From NCBI GenBank assembly GCA_013265495.1, contig MU058520.1, positions 3,220-37,352 of the forward strand: a DNA stretch of 34,133 nt, written 5' to 3'. Source of the DNA: Vicugna vicugna. Its lineage: Eukaryota. Below are positions 13,050 through 23,185 of the stretch, piece by piece; positions within the stretch are counted from its first letter, which is position 1; each line of letters begins with the position of its first letter. Made by a program: the position numbers and the translations under genes. The notes under the pieces are model-generated. The model was not told the DNA's origin, did no database searches, and saw only the letters and a list, made by a program, of their open reading frames with translations.

Positions 13050-15225
13050 CAGGGAAGGAAGGCCAAGTCAGGACTCTCACCCTCCTGAAGGATCCCCTCT
13101 GCCTTTGGTCAGAATACCACCAAGGGGTTGCTGGGACAGTGGACAGAAAAATGAGGCTGCAACATGAGCATGAGCACTGGGCCTGGGTGGGAAGGATGAG
13201 GGGGTGTTGCACACCTGGCCTCCTTCCGAGTCACATCACACCCGTGTCCACAAGACCCAGGGAGGCCTGGAGCCCCACACAGCAGAGCACATCCAAACCT
13301 GCAGATGCCCACTGACCGGTCCAGTGTGCACCCATCTGGCCCCCTCCTCTCCGCTCCTCCTCCCTCTACCCCACTGGCTCAGCCCTGGTCTCAGCACATC
13401 CCCACCCAAGGCCAGCACTGCTGCAGTAACACCCTCAGCAGGCTGCCCAGCCTCACGTCCTCACGACTGCATGCCTGGATGGTGCAGCTCTGCCCCTTTC
13501 CGGCCCTCACCACCGACGCTCCAGCCGCCTGCTCGCCCGCCTTCCACCCCTCGCCCTGCAGAGTGCCTCCTCTGGTCACGGCATCCTGGCCTACAGGACC
13601 GACAGGGATCCCACCCCTTTGCTTCACCAGCTTCTCCTCTTGTTCTAAGAATGTTTAGTTGCGCCTATGTTGTCCCAGGCCCTGCTCCTAGTACGTGATG
13701 AGTATCAGCTCCAATTCCCATCCCTTTCACAGACAGAGACACGAAGGCCCTGAAGCTGGCAGCCCCTAGTGACGACAGCCAGCTGGGTGGGCGAAGGTCC
13801 CAGGTGGTCCCAGAGCTGCCACACCGGCCTCGATGCCCTGGCTGTGGCCACTTCCACGTCACAGAGAAAAGCCCTCTGTTGACTCCCAGGCTTTCTCGGG
13901 GATACACGGCTGCAATGGACCCCAACCCAGCCACATGCCCAGCCGTGCCGTCACCCCTCCCTTCCTCGGTATGTGCTGGGCCTCTACTGGGCAGCTCTGT
14001 CCCACCTGCCAGTCCCCATCCTCCCCAGCCGGATCCTGCCATCCATGCCTGGCCCCACAGTCACCTCCTGTCGCCTGGCCCCAGTCTTCTGCACAAGGCC
14101 CGGTGAACTCAAAGCCCAGCTATCACGTCCAGGGCCTGAGGAGGGCACATGGGTCGGCCCCTGAACAGACACGCCGCCTGCTGTCAGGATCCTGCGCTCC
14201 ACCCCAGCTGCTTCCTGCCCGGCAGCCGAGAGCAGGACCCGCTGCAGCGCTGGGTCACAACCCCACACTGAGAAAAACGCTCGGGCCGAGGGAGGGCGAG
14301 GAGGGGAGAGTGGGCATTCAGAAAGAAAGGGGCTGGCGGAGCCCAGGCCCCCTCCACCGGGAGAACCGTTTGTCCACCAGGCACACGGGTTCCCAGCACT
14401 GGGGACAAGGGTGACAGGACTTAGGAACCAGCGTCTATTGGCCATGGTTTCATTTGGACGGAGGCGAGTAGAGCCATCTTACCTGAAGTGGGAAACTGCA
14501 GCTGACCGAGCCAGAAGCCACCCCGTCTGTGAAATCAAAGAGCTGGCCTGTGGCTGTTTATTCAAACAGCATTTTTTCCTCAACTTCAATCAAGAGGGTA
14601 CCTATGAATAACAAAGAATTTAAATAAATAAACCTAGATTCAATCTTCCCAAGAAGTAGTTGCTTTCAACAACTGCACAAAGATAACACTGAGTCTGTCA
14701 GACGTGACGAACGGGGGTCTAGTGGGGAAACGGGACGTTTGAAAACGAAGGTTCAGGACATGTGGACGGTGTGCAGGACAAGGACAGAGCCCTCTCCCAG
14801 GCCTGGGCAGCACGTGCCATGTGATAAACCCTGGCTCCTAAGCCAAGGAAGAGTCCTGGAGAGTGTGGAGGCCGCCGTCTACGACATGAACATCCAACAG
14901 GGCACAGGACCCTCCTTTCGGGGAGAACAGCGTCACTCCTTGTGCTCATTCATTCAGTCACCATCCACACCCACCCTTCGGGGCGTGCTCCCAGAACTCC
15001 AAACAGCACCTCGCACAGGATGGGGCCTAAGGAGCTTGTGCCCCATGGACGACTCTTTCCACCAGCCAGGAAGGTGAGGGACAAACTGCCTCCACCTGTC
15101 CTGCCAAGAGAGCAGGCAGAGGCCACACACCTACCTGTCCAGGTGATAGGCAGGTGCAAGGCACATACACACATGCACCTGGACCAGGTGATGAGCAGGT
15201 ACAGGACACACACACACACACGTAC

Positions 15226-15308
15226 CTGGACCAGGTGACGTGCAGTTACAGACACAGGACACCAGGAAGCAGACGCAGAACTCCAGGAGGAGCAGGACGG
15301 TCACACCC
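15226..15308 (-). pseudogene. ADCY1: ADCY1-like exon (about exon 11) with two 1-nt deletions and a TAA stop
   Basis: tcttag|G...CCAG|gtacg, 83 nt. GVTVLLLLEFCVCFLVSCV/L*LHVTW/Q vs SVVVLLLLVFCICFLVACVLYLHITRVQ. Confidence 0.88.
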
Positions 15309-16290
15309 CTAAGACAGATGACACACAGTCCCTGCAGGCTGGGCCAGGTGAGGTGTGCCCAGAGGATGCCAGGGGCCCCGCCCTTCGTCCCCTGCCCCAC
15401 CCGGGTCCCAGCCCCAGGGAAGCAGCAGTGGTGTCTGGGGAGCTGCCCATGCTGGTCCTCTTCTAGCACAGGAGCCCCTCCTGTGTCCGCACTCACTTCC
15501 CCACCACCCCAGGGTCCCTCTAGCCCTGGGAGCGCCTGAGAGGCACTGTCCTCATGCAGGAAGGCCGAGGGCTGCACAGACCTGGCTGCCGCGCACTGCC
15601 CTCTTCCTGGGCCTCATCTGGAGGGGGCTTTTCTAGAAAAAGTTGGATCCCCAGGTAGGGCCATCCAGGTGGCCAGTGTGTGCAGTGTCTGGGGGTGGGG
15701 GTGGCTTCCATGTGTTTTGAATTGACTCCACTCGGAAGGTTCATTAAGAAAGTGGTACAATCATTTCTCGGCCTTTTGGCTGAGATCAAGTGTGAAGAAA
15801 GTGGTATATCTGGAGGAAATGTGGAGTTTTTCTGGGGTTTTTTTTATAAAGAACAAAAAATGTCAAACTCAATTTTGAGTTATAATGGTTAAATGTTATT
15901 AAAGTTATTGTATTTGTGTCCCTTTCCAGAGCTGACTTTTTCTTATTTTAACGTTTCTGAACATTTGTCAGCAAGCACCTGGAAACCAGGGTGCCCGTTT
16001 GGTCTGTTCCCTCTCGCAGCGGCTGTCATGACGCCCGTGGTGCGTGTTCTGAGGATGGAGGGGTCGCAGAACTGAGTATATTTAAAATCAACAGCTCAGA
16101 AGGAGCAGCCCCGCCCCGGCCAGCAGGCTCGCATGGCCAGCTCCTCCGGGAAACGGGGAACTGGGGTGCGGCTCAAGCTGCCCCCTGAGGCGGGGGCACC
16201 ACGGGACTGTGACTGCGGGAGTCCAACCTGAACCTGAAAAGCGAAGGACGCTTGGCGACCTCTGACGGACGGACCCAGAATAACACTTAC

Positions 16291-16388
16291 TGCGAGGTTA
16301 TTAGCAGATGGGCAAGGCCAAACAAGGCAGCCAGAATCAGGGCCAGAGCGAAGGCGCTGGTGAAATGCTCGCCCTGAAGCTGGTGGTA
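16291..16388 (-). pseudogene. ADCY1: ADCY1-like exon (about exon 10) lacking its AG acceptor
   Basis: 98 nt, YHQLQGEHFTSAFALALILAALFGLAHLLITS(Q) vs YHQLQDEYFTSAVVLTLILAALFGLVYLLIFPQ. Donor CA|gtaagt is intact; the 5' side reads tgtcttg|TAC with no AG. Confidence 0.92.
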
Positions 16389-16562
16389 CAAGACACAAAC
16401 CCCGTCAGGGGCCCTGGCTTCCCAGACACACCAGGCTCTTCCCCAGGGCGCGGGGATGCCCAGAACCACTGCAGTGCTGAGAATGGCGGCACCCACGCTC
16501 ACAGGATGTCCCAGGGCCTCAGACTCCCACCACCTCTGACCCCTCCCAACCCCGGCACCCAC

Positions 16563-16752
16563 CTCTCTCACTCAGCCTGCTTGTACTTCAGGGTGGAGAC
16601 ATGCAGGTCGGCCATCTCGAGCTCCATCTGGCGGGCTTCCAGAAGGTGCCGTTGTACCTGCTGACGCATGTCCCAGGGGTGGTGTAGACAACGTTTGTAG
16701 AGAAAAATGAGCAGTTTCTGAGCTTTTCTGAAGTTGTTCTCAACACCTTCCG
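16563..16752 (-). pseudogene. ADCY1: ADCY1-like exon (about exon 9; C1b) with a frameshift and TGA
   Basis: cagcag|CGG..., RKVLRTTSEKLRNCSFFSTNVVYTTPGTCVSRYNG/HLLEARQMELEMADLHVSTLKYKQAE* vs RRALRTASEKLRNRSSFSTNVVYTTPGTRVNRYISRLLEARQTELEMADLNFFTLKYKHVERE. Frameshift near 16647, TGA at 16570-16568. Confidence 0.93.
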
Positions 16753-16879
16753 CTGCTGATCATGGGAAGAAAAGAAGGAATGCTGTCAAACTCTCCACTT
16801 ATCAAAGAAAAGAACTCTTATGGTCCCTCCTTCTGGATCCTCGCCCACTGCAGAGTCTGGGGGGCCTGGTGTGGGGATC

Positions 16880-16985
16880 TGAGATGCAACTGTGGCTCTA
16901 CCACCTGCTGGCGGTGAGACCCCAGGTGAGTTACCTCAGCGTCAGTACTGGGGCCCTCATGTCTGTAAGTGGGGTCACAGCACCT
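16880..16985 (+). mobile_element. MIR SINE fragment
   Basis: ggctctaccacctgctggcggtgagaccccaggtgagttacctc...cctcatgtctgtaagtgggg resembles the MIR core. Confidence 0.55.
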
Positions 16986-17069
16986 GAGTGCTGGCACCGT
17001 GTGGAGGGTTTCTGGGCCCCACATGTGAGCAGTGGACGGTGTCCAGCACACAGCAATGAACCTGGTTCT

Positions 17070-17420
17070 TTGACAATATTCATAAAATCAATAAATCTCT
17101 AGCAAGCGTGACAAAGAAAAGGAGAGAAAGACACTAACAAGTTCAGGAAAGAAATGTGATTTTACCACCAATCCTGCAGACATGAAGAGGATGATAGACA
17201 CCACGAACAACAGCACACATGGAAATCTGACAGCTCAGATCAGTGACCTACCCCTTGAAACACACAAACTACCGCAACTCACCCAACAGGACAGATCATT
17301 AGAATAGCCCTATTATTGCTAATGAAATTTAATTCATAATTTTTAAATTCATGAAAAAGTAATCTCCAGGCTGAGATGATTTCAGCAGAGAATTCTACCA
17401 AACATTTAAACAAAAATTAA
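17070..17420 (+). mobile_element. Old L1 ORF2 fragment
   Basis: aatctccaggctgagatgatttcagcagagaattctaccaaacatttaaa resembles the KSPGPDGFTGEFYQTF motif at the start of the RT region; degenerate. Confidence 0.8.
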
Positions 17421-18596
17421 CCAGTGAAGCTAGAACACTCCCTTACACCATACACGAAATAAACTCAAAATGGATCAAAGACTTAAACATAAGACAAGAT
17501 ACAATAAACCTCCTAGAAGGAAATCTAGGCAAAGCATTATCTCACATACATCTCAAAAATCTTCTAGGCCAGTCTACCCAAGCAATAGAAATAATAGCAA
17601 GAATAAACAAATGGGACCTAATGAAACTTAAAAGCTTCTGCACAGCAAAGGAAACCATAAGCAAAACAAAATGACAACCTACGGGATGGGAGGACATTTT
17701 TGCAAAAGATGAAACCGACCAAAGCTTGATCTCCAGAATATATAAGCAGCTCATATGACTTAAGAAAACAAAACAACCCAATCCAAAAATGCGCAGAAGA
17801 CCTAAAGAAGCAATTCTGCAGTGAAGACTACAAATGGCACATGTGAAAATGCTCACTGACACTAATTATCAGAGAAATGGAAATCAAAACTACAAAGCAC
17901 CAGTCAGAATGGCTGTCACTTCAAAGTTCATGAATGATAAATGCTAGAGACGGTATGGAGAAAAGGGAACTCTCTTACACTGCTGGTGGGAATGTACTTT
18001 GGTGAAGCCATTATGGAAAACAGTATGGAATTTCCTCAAAAAACTAACAACAGACTTACCTTATGATCCAGCAATCCCACTTCTGGGTATATATTCAGAG
18101 GAAACTCCAATGCAAAAAGGTACCTGCACCCCACTATTCATAGCACCACTATATATAATAGCCAAAAGCAACCAACGTGGAAGCAACCTAAATGAAGAAA
18201 CAGGTGGCTGGATGAAGCTGATGTAGTATATTTATACAATGGAATACTACTCTGCCATTTAAAAGGTTAAAAGAATGCTATTTGCAGCAATAAGTATGGA
18301 CCTAGAGATCGTCATTCTTAGTGAAGTGAGCCAGAAAGAGAAAAATACCAAATGATATGACTCATATGTGCAATCAAAAAAAAGATGACACTATGAACTC
18401 ATCTACAAAACAAACAGGTTCGCAGACTTGGTTAACAATCTTATGGTTACCAGGGAAAGAGAGTGGGAAGGGATAAATGTGGGAGTTTAAGACTTACAAA
18501 TGTTAGCCACTAAATAGACAATAATTTTTTTTAAGTTTCTTCTGTATAGCACAGAAATCTATGTTCAAAATCTGTTACTAACCTATACTGGAAAAG
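17421..18596 (+). mobile_element. Younger 5'-truncated L1 (ORF2 C-terminus and 3' UTR), cut before the poly(A) tail
   Basis: ORF2 peptides ([35 protein letters not shown]) with stops. The 3' UTR tctgtatagcacagaaatctatgttcaa ends at ggaaaag with no A tail. Confidence 0.92.
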
Positions 18597-18689
18597 TTGC
18601 TACAGCCACCAACTGAGGAAGCAAGAGAAGAAAAAAGGAGAGTGAGTTACCCTGGGCTAGAGCCGGGTCCTCCTAAAGTCCTTTCCTGC

Positions 18690-20150
18690 TGCTAACGCTG
18701 CCCTCTGACCACACTGCACCCTCCTCCCAGTAGCAGGCTGACATGAACACATGCTTCCTGTGAACCTGGGGCAGCAGAGGCCGCCCCCACGACAGGCCCC
18801 GGGCAGATGGGAGCAAGTCCACCTGCCCCCTGCCGCCCTCTAACCGCACCGCACCTGCCTTCCAGAGCCAACTGACCTGGAAGTGTCCCATGAACTTGGG
18901 GCACTGGCGGGGAGAGGGGCGCTGCCCTTGGCGAACCGGTTGATTTGTCCCCATCTTCCCCGCGGCATGGCCAGGAGGCAGCCTCTACTGTCCCAGGCAC
19001 GTCCCCAGGTCAGCCCGCTCCCGGGAGGCGGGCCCGGTGTGGTCGCAGGCAGCAGAAGCAACCGCGGGTTTAGGGATCTGCCCATGCGAGTCTATGGATT
19101 TGCTTCAAACTCCCCTGCAGTCTGTCCTGGCCTCGGCCTCTGCTACCCCCGGGTCCGTGGGACTCAGTTTACAGATCAGCCTGCTCCTGGGAGGCGGGAG
19201 CTGTGCTGGCAGGGGATGGAGGCGGCGATGGCGGGACTGGGGCTGCCCTGTGTGAGCGCGGGGATTTGCTTCCCGCTGTCGCTACCGCTGTCCCTCCACT
19301 CACCGCACCGCGCCCTCCTCCCAAAAGCAGACTGACCTGTAACCTGGGTCCTGCAAACCTGGGGCTTTAGAGACAGCCCCCAGGACAGGCCGTGGGGTAG
19401 ATGGGAGCAACTCGACAGCTCCCAGGAGCAGACCCCTCTCCCTGCTGCTGCCGCGAATACCGCTGGCCCCGCACCCTGGCGGCCCCGCACCCTGGCGGCC
19501 CCGCACCCGCCTCCCGCAGGCAGGCCATGACCTGAGGGCTGGTGGGAAGTGCTCCAGGGCCGTCCGGCGCCCTCCCACCTCCCGGGGCTGCACCCGCTTA
19601 CCCAAACCCGGGTACAAGGGGCAGCAAAGAAACGGGGTTCAGGGGCTACTAACTGGGGGAAGGCACCACGAACCATGGCGGCGACCTCGCACCCGCCTCA
19701 GGGTCATGACGGGACGCGCGGCCAGGACCTCTCCCCACGCCCCCCTCCCTGTGCGCCTCCCCAGCTGCGCAGCCCAGGCCTCACCCGGCTCCCCGACCTG
19801 CGCGCCCCCACCAGCGCCCCCTTACCTGCCCGGCGACGGCAGCGGAGGCGATGGCAAGCGGCGGCCCAGACCCCAAGCCGCGTTCCTCCTCGGGAGCAGG
19901 TCCAGGGGGGCCCAGCTCCCGTCCGGCTTCCACACGCGCCAGGCGGGGTCCGGCATCTGCGCGTCCGCGCCTCCTCCCGCCCGCAGCGCGGAAGCTCGGG
20001 GTGGGGCTCCCGCTGTCCGGTTCTCTGCCACCCGGGCCGGGCGGGGCCTGGCGGTAGGGCGGTAGAGCGCGCCCACCCCTCTGCCCGCCCCGCCGGGTCT
20101 CCATCCCCAGCGACCCCACCCGTCACCGACTAGGTCCTGGCACTCAAACA
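18690..20150. promoter_or_regulatory. CpG island / probable promoter
   Basis: Very GC- and CpG-rich, most strongly at 19450-20130, unlike the CpG-depleted flanks. GC boxes at ~20039-20047 (gggcggggc) and ~20057 (gggcgg). Confidence 0.75.
19826..19956 (-). other. Candidate first exon (ATG to donor) inside the CpG island
   Basis: ATG at 19956 encodes MPDPAWRVWKPDGSWAPLDLLPRRNAAWGLGRRLPSPPLPSPG, ending at the consensus donor CAG|GTAAGG (intron starts at 19825). GC boxes lie ~90 nt upstream. Confidence 0.4.
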
Positions 20151-21196
20151 GAACCAGCACCGGCCCTGGGCCAGGCCACACACCCCAGCCCCACTCCCCT
20201 TGCTTGCCCCGTCACCCCCAGTCTCAGACTGCACCCCCACACGCCACCCTGCTAGTACTCACCTGTGGCCCTCACACCCCAAGCACACTCCTCATGCCTC
20301 ACTGAAGGACCCCCCCCCACATCCTGATGCGTTCCCCTTCACCCCTCAGCCTGTCCTCCTTCACCGCGGGATCCCCCTCACTCAGAGGGCACCCCTACCT
20401 GGAGCTGACACCCTCACCCCTTACCACGCGGGTGGGGAGAGGAAGTCCGGGCTCTGGTCACCATGGTGACTGCCACCAGCGGGGATCTGACCTAGTGAGG
20501 CACAGCACAGTCTGAGGCTACAGGGCGCAGCAGGCCAGGCAGGAAGCAGTTCCAATTCCAGCTCAGGCACTCTAACCTCCACGCCCTGCGCCTCATCTGA
20601 GCCTGGGGGTCAGGGTGGTCCCAGGCTGCCTGCCACTGGCCTGTGGGCCTTGGGTGTTTGATGGCCCGGATGGTGATCCGGACCCTGAGAGCGGAGACAC
20701 AGGGACCTGTGGGGGTGTGAGGGTGCGGCTGAGCCCGGGGATGGACAGCAGGCAGTGGGCTGTGTGAGTCGGGCTATGTGCTTGGCCTGCGCTCAGCCCA
20801 GGTGGGTGCAGGGACTGCATTCATTCGCGCCGGGGCAGTGGGGAAAAGGACAGGAGGTTTGAAAGTGTCCTTGTTAGGAGCCCAAGGCTAGAGAGCCAAG
20901 CAGGCAGCTGTGCTGGCCAGGCCACCTTGGAACCCACCACAACGCTGGTCCCTTGCATTGGGGAGACTGTTGACGGGCCAATGAGAAGTCCCCTGTCCGC
21001 CTCTGCCCCCGACATATAGTTTACAAGCAATTGAAGGGACTTTGACAGGTCATTTTAATCACCGATAATGGTTACTTTCTCTGTGGGAGATCAGGTCCAC
21101 AGTCATGGTGAACCTGGCAGGCCTCCTGCCCGAACCCCAGCCTGGGCAGAGGAGGACCCACCTGGAAACCACCTCTTACCTCTCACCAAAAGGCAC

Positions 21197-21625
21197 TGTA
21201 GTAGGAAAAAACAAATCTGACTCCCTATTAAATCTGTTCCTTTTCCTTCTACCCTGTGCCCTGTTTTCTAGGCTTAGTCTCACTAGCCCTGCAGCTTTTG
21301 TAAAACAATGTTGCCTTTAGCCTGAAATATACAGCACAGCCTATTCTCAGGGCTCTGACCTTTAAGGATATGAACACTTTTGCACTCCTATACAGATAAC
21401 AAGTTGCAGAATAGGGAATAACCTTTGTTTTGTTGGAGGATTTACAGGGGCACCATAACCTGACCCACAGGGACAGCTGCAAAGGATTCCAAAAACAAAG
21501 AATTCCTGCACCAAGAAGTTTGCATCAACCAACCACAGCCCCTCCCCTTTTTAGTAGAAAAGGAGCCTGAAGTCTGACTTGGGGAAGAGGGTTCTCCAGG
21601 ACATTAGTCGACTGTGTTCTTGGTC
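21197..21625 (+). mobile_element. 3'-truncated ERV1 LTR (same family as 12538-13049)
   Basis: Starts tgtagtaggaaaaaacaaatctgactcc and aligns to the solo LTR up to ctccaggacattag...tcttggtc, stopping before the AATAAA. Confidence 0.88.
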
Positions 21626-21768
21626 TATAACTGTCCACGTGGGTCAAGTCATGGTGCCCCTGTACAACCTCTAACAAAACAAGTTATTTTCTATTCTGCA
21701 ACTTGTTGTTTTTATAGCAGTGCAAAAGTGTTAATGTGCTTAAAGATCAGAGCCTTGAGAACAGGCTC
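21626..21768 (-). mobile_element. Internal piece of an inverted ERV1 LTR
   Basis: Reverse complement of the LTR body (gagcctgttctcaaggctctgatctttaag...acaagttgcagaatagaaaataac...caggggcaccatgac). Confidence 0.85.
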
Positions 21769-22423
21769 AAGCTTGATCTCCAGAATATATAAGCAGCTCA
21801 TATGACTTAAGAAAACAAAACAACCCAATCCAAAAATGCGCAGAAGACCTAAAGAAGCAATTCTGCAGTGAAGACTACAAATGGCACATGTGAAAATGCT
21901 CACTGACACTAATTATCAGAGAAATGGAAATCAAAACTACAAAGCACCAGTCAGAATGGCTGTCACTTCAAAGTTCATGAATGATAAATGCTAGAGACGG
22001 TATGGAGAAAAGGGAACTCTCTTACACTGCTGGTGGGAATGTACTTTGGTGAAGCCATTATGGAAAACAGTATGGAATTTCCTCAAAAAACTAACAACAG
22101 ACTTACCTTATGATCCAGCAATCCCACTTCTGGGTATATATTCAGAGGAAACTCCAATGCAAAAAGGTACCTGCACCCCACTATTCATAGCACCACTATA
22201 TATAATAGCCAAAAGCAACCAACGTGGAAGCAACCTAAATGAGCAAACAGGTGGCTGGATTAAGCTGATGTAGTATATTTATACAATGGAATACTACTCT
22301 GCCATTAAAAAGGTTAAAAGAATGCTATTTGCAGCAATAAGGATGGACCTAGAGATCGTCATTCTTAGTGAAGTGAGCCAGAAAGAGAAAAATACCAAAT
22401 GATATGACTCATATGTGCAATCA
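21769..22423 (+). mobile_element. 655-bp L1 segment duplicated from 17722-18376
   Basis: Near-identical to 17722-18376 with the same private defects and about 5 substitutions. The ORF track shows twin peptides at 17999 and 22046. Confidence 0.95.
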
Positions 22424-22427
22424 CACC

Positions 22428-22732
22428 CCCACAGGGACAGCTGCAAAGGATTCCAAAAAGAAAGAATTCCTGCACCAAGAAGTTTGCATCAACCAACCAC
22501 AGCCCCTCCCCTTTTTAGTAGAAAAGGAGCCTGAAGTCTGACTTGGGGAAGAGGGTTCTCCAGGACATTAGTCGACCGTGTTCTTGGTCTATAGCTGTCC
22601 ACGTGGGTCAAGTCATGGTGCCCCTGTACAACCTCTAACAAAACAAGTTATTTTCTATTCTGCAACTTGTTGTTTTTATATCAGTGCAAAAGTGTTAATG
22701 TGCTTAAAGATCAGAGCCTTGAGAACAGGCTC
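22428..22732 (+). repeat. 305-bp direct duplication of 21464-21768 (forward/inverted LTR junction)
   Basis: Direct comparison shows about 4 substitutions (aaacaaag/aaagaaag, gactgtg/gaccgtg, tataact/tatagct, atagcag/atatcag). Confidence 0.95.
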
Positions 22733-22836
22733 TCCTGTTTATGAGACAGACAAGACTAAGCCTAGGTAACAGGGCACAGGGTTAAAGCCACAGGAAGAGA
22801 TCTAGTATGGAGTCAGATTTGTTCTTTTCTATTACG
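22590..22836 (-). mobile_element. Inverted ERV1 LTR, 5' portion
   Basis: Ends ggagtcagatttgttcttttctattacg, the reverse complement of the LTR start (c/t)gtaatagaaaagaacaaatctgactcc. Confidence 0.88.
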
Positions 22837-22880
22837 TATCATCTATTTTTATGGTTTAAGTTTGCAAGAATTAAGTTTAG

Positions 22881-23185
22881 CCTTTTCCCACTTTAAACTG
22901 TGCAGTTCAGGAGCATTAAGTGCACTCGCAATGCTGTGGGATCAGCACCCCTGTCTGGGTTCAGACTCCTTCCTTCCTCAGAGTAAAACCTTGTATCCGA
23001 AGCACACTCCACATCCTCCCTCCCCTAGCCTGTGACAAGCCCTCATCCCCTTGCTCTCTCTGTCTTTACCTATCCTGGAGGTTCCCTATCAATGACATCA
23101 TATAAAAGGTGGCTTTTTGTGTCTGCCCACGTCTCTTAAGTTAGGACAGGTAAATCTTTTTGTTTTTACGTGAACTAGCATTTTG
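22881..23185 (-). repeat. Antisense old L1M 3' fragment plus flank; diverged paralog of 27431-27727
   Basis: Shared blocks: tttaaa(c/t)tgtgca..tcagga..attaagtgca, gtctttacct, aaaggtggc.ttttgtg.ctgcccac, tcttt(t)tgtttt, tagcatttt. Confidence 0.7.

Larger units (their letters stand above)
84..16752 (-). pseudogene. ADCY1: Unprocessed (duplicated) partial pseudogene of adenylyl cyclase type 1, covering the C1b/M2/C2a region; may continue beyond the left edge
   Basis: Six collinear minus-strand exons match ADCY1 peptides in the right order with introns retained. They carry several frameshifts, in-frame stops and many missense changes in a normally highly conserved protein. Confidence 0.93.

Noticed and set aside
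6800..15600. Many 60-190-aa ORFs in GC-rich sequence
   Set aside because: Expected by chance at this GC content; Pro/Gly/Arg-biased, overlapping in all frames and intronic to the ADCY1 remnant.
21769..21774. HindIII site (AAGCTT) exactly at the LTR/L1 junction, suggesting a cloning chimera
   Set aside because: The LTR side has no matching site in its other copy, and the duplicated blocks carry substitutions, which fits a real event better.
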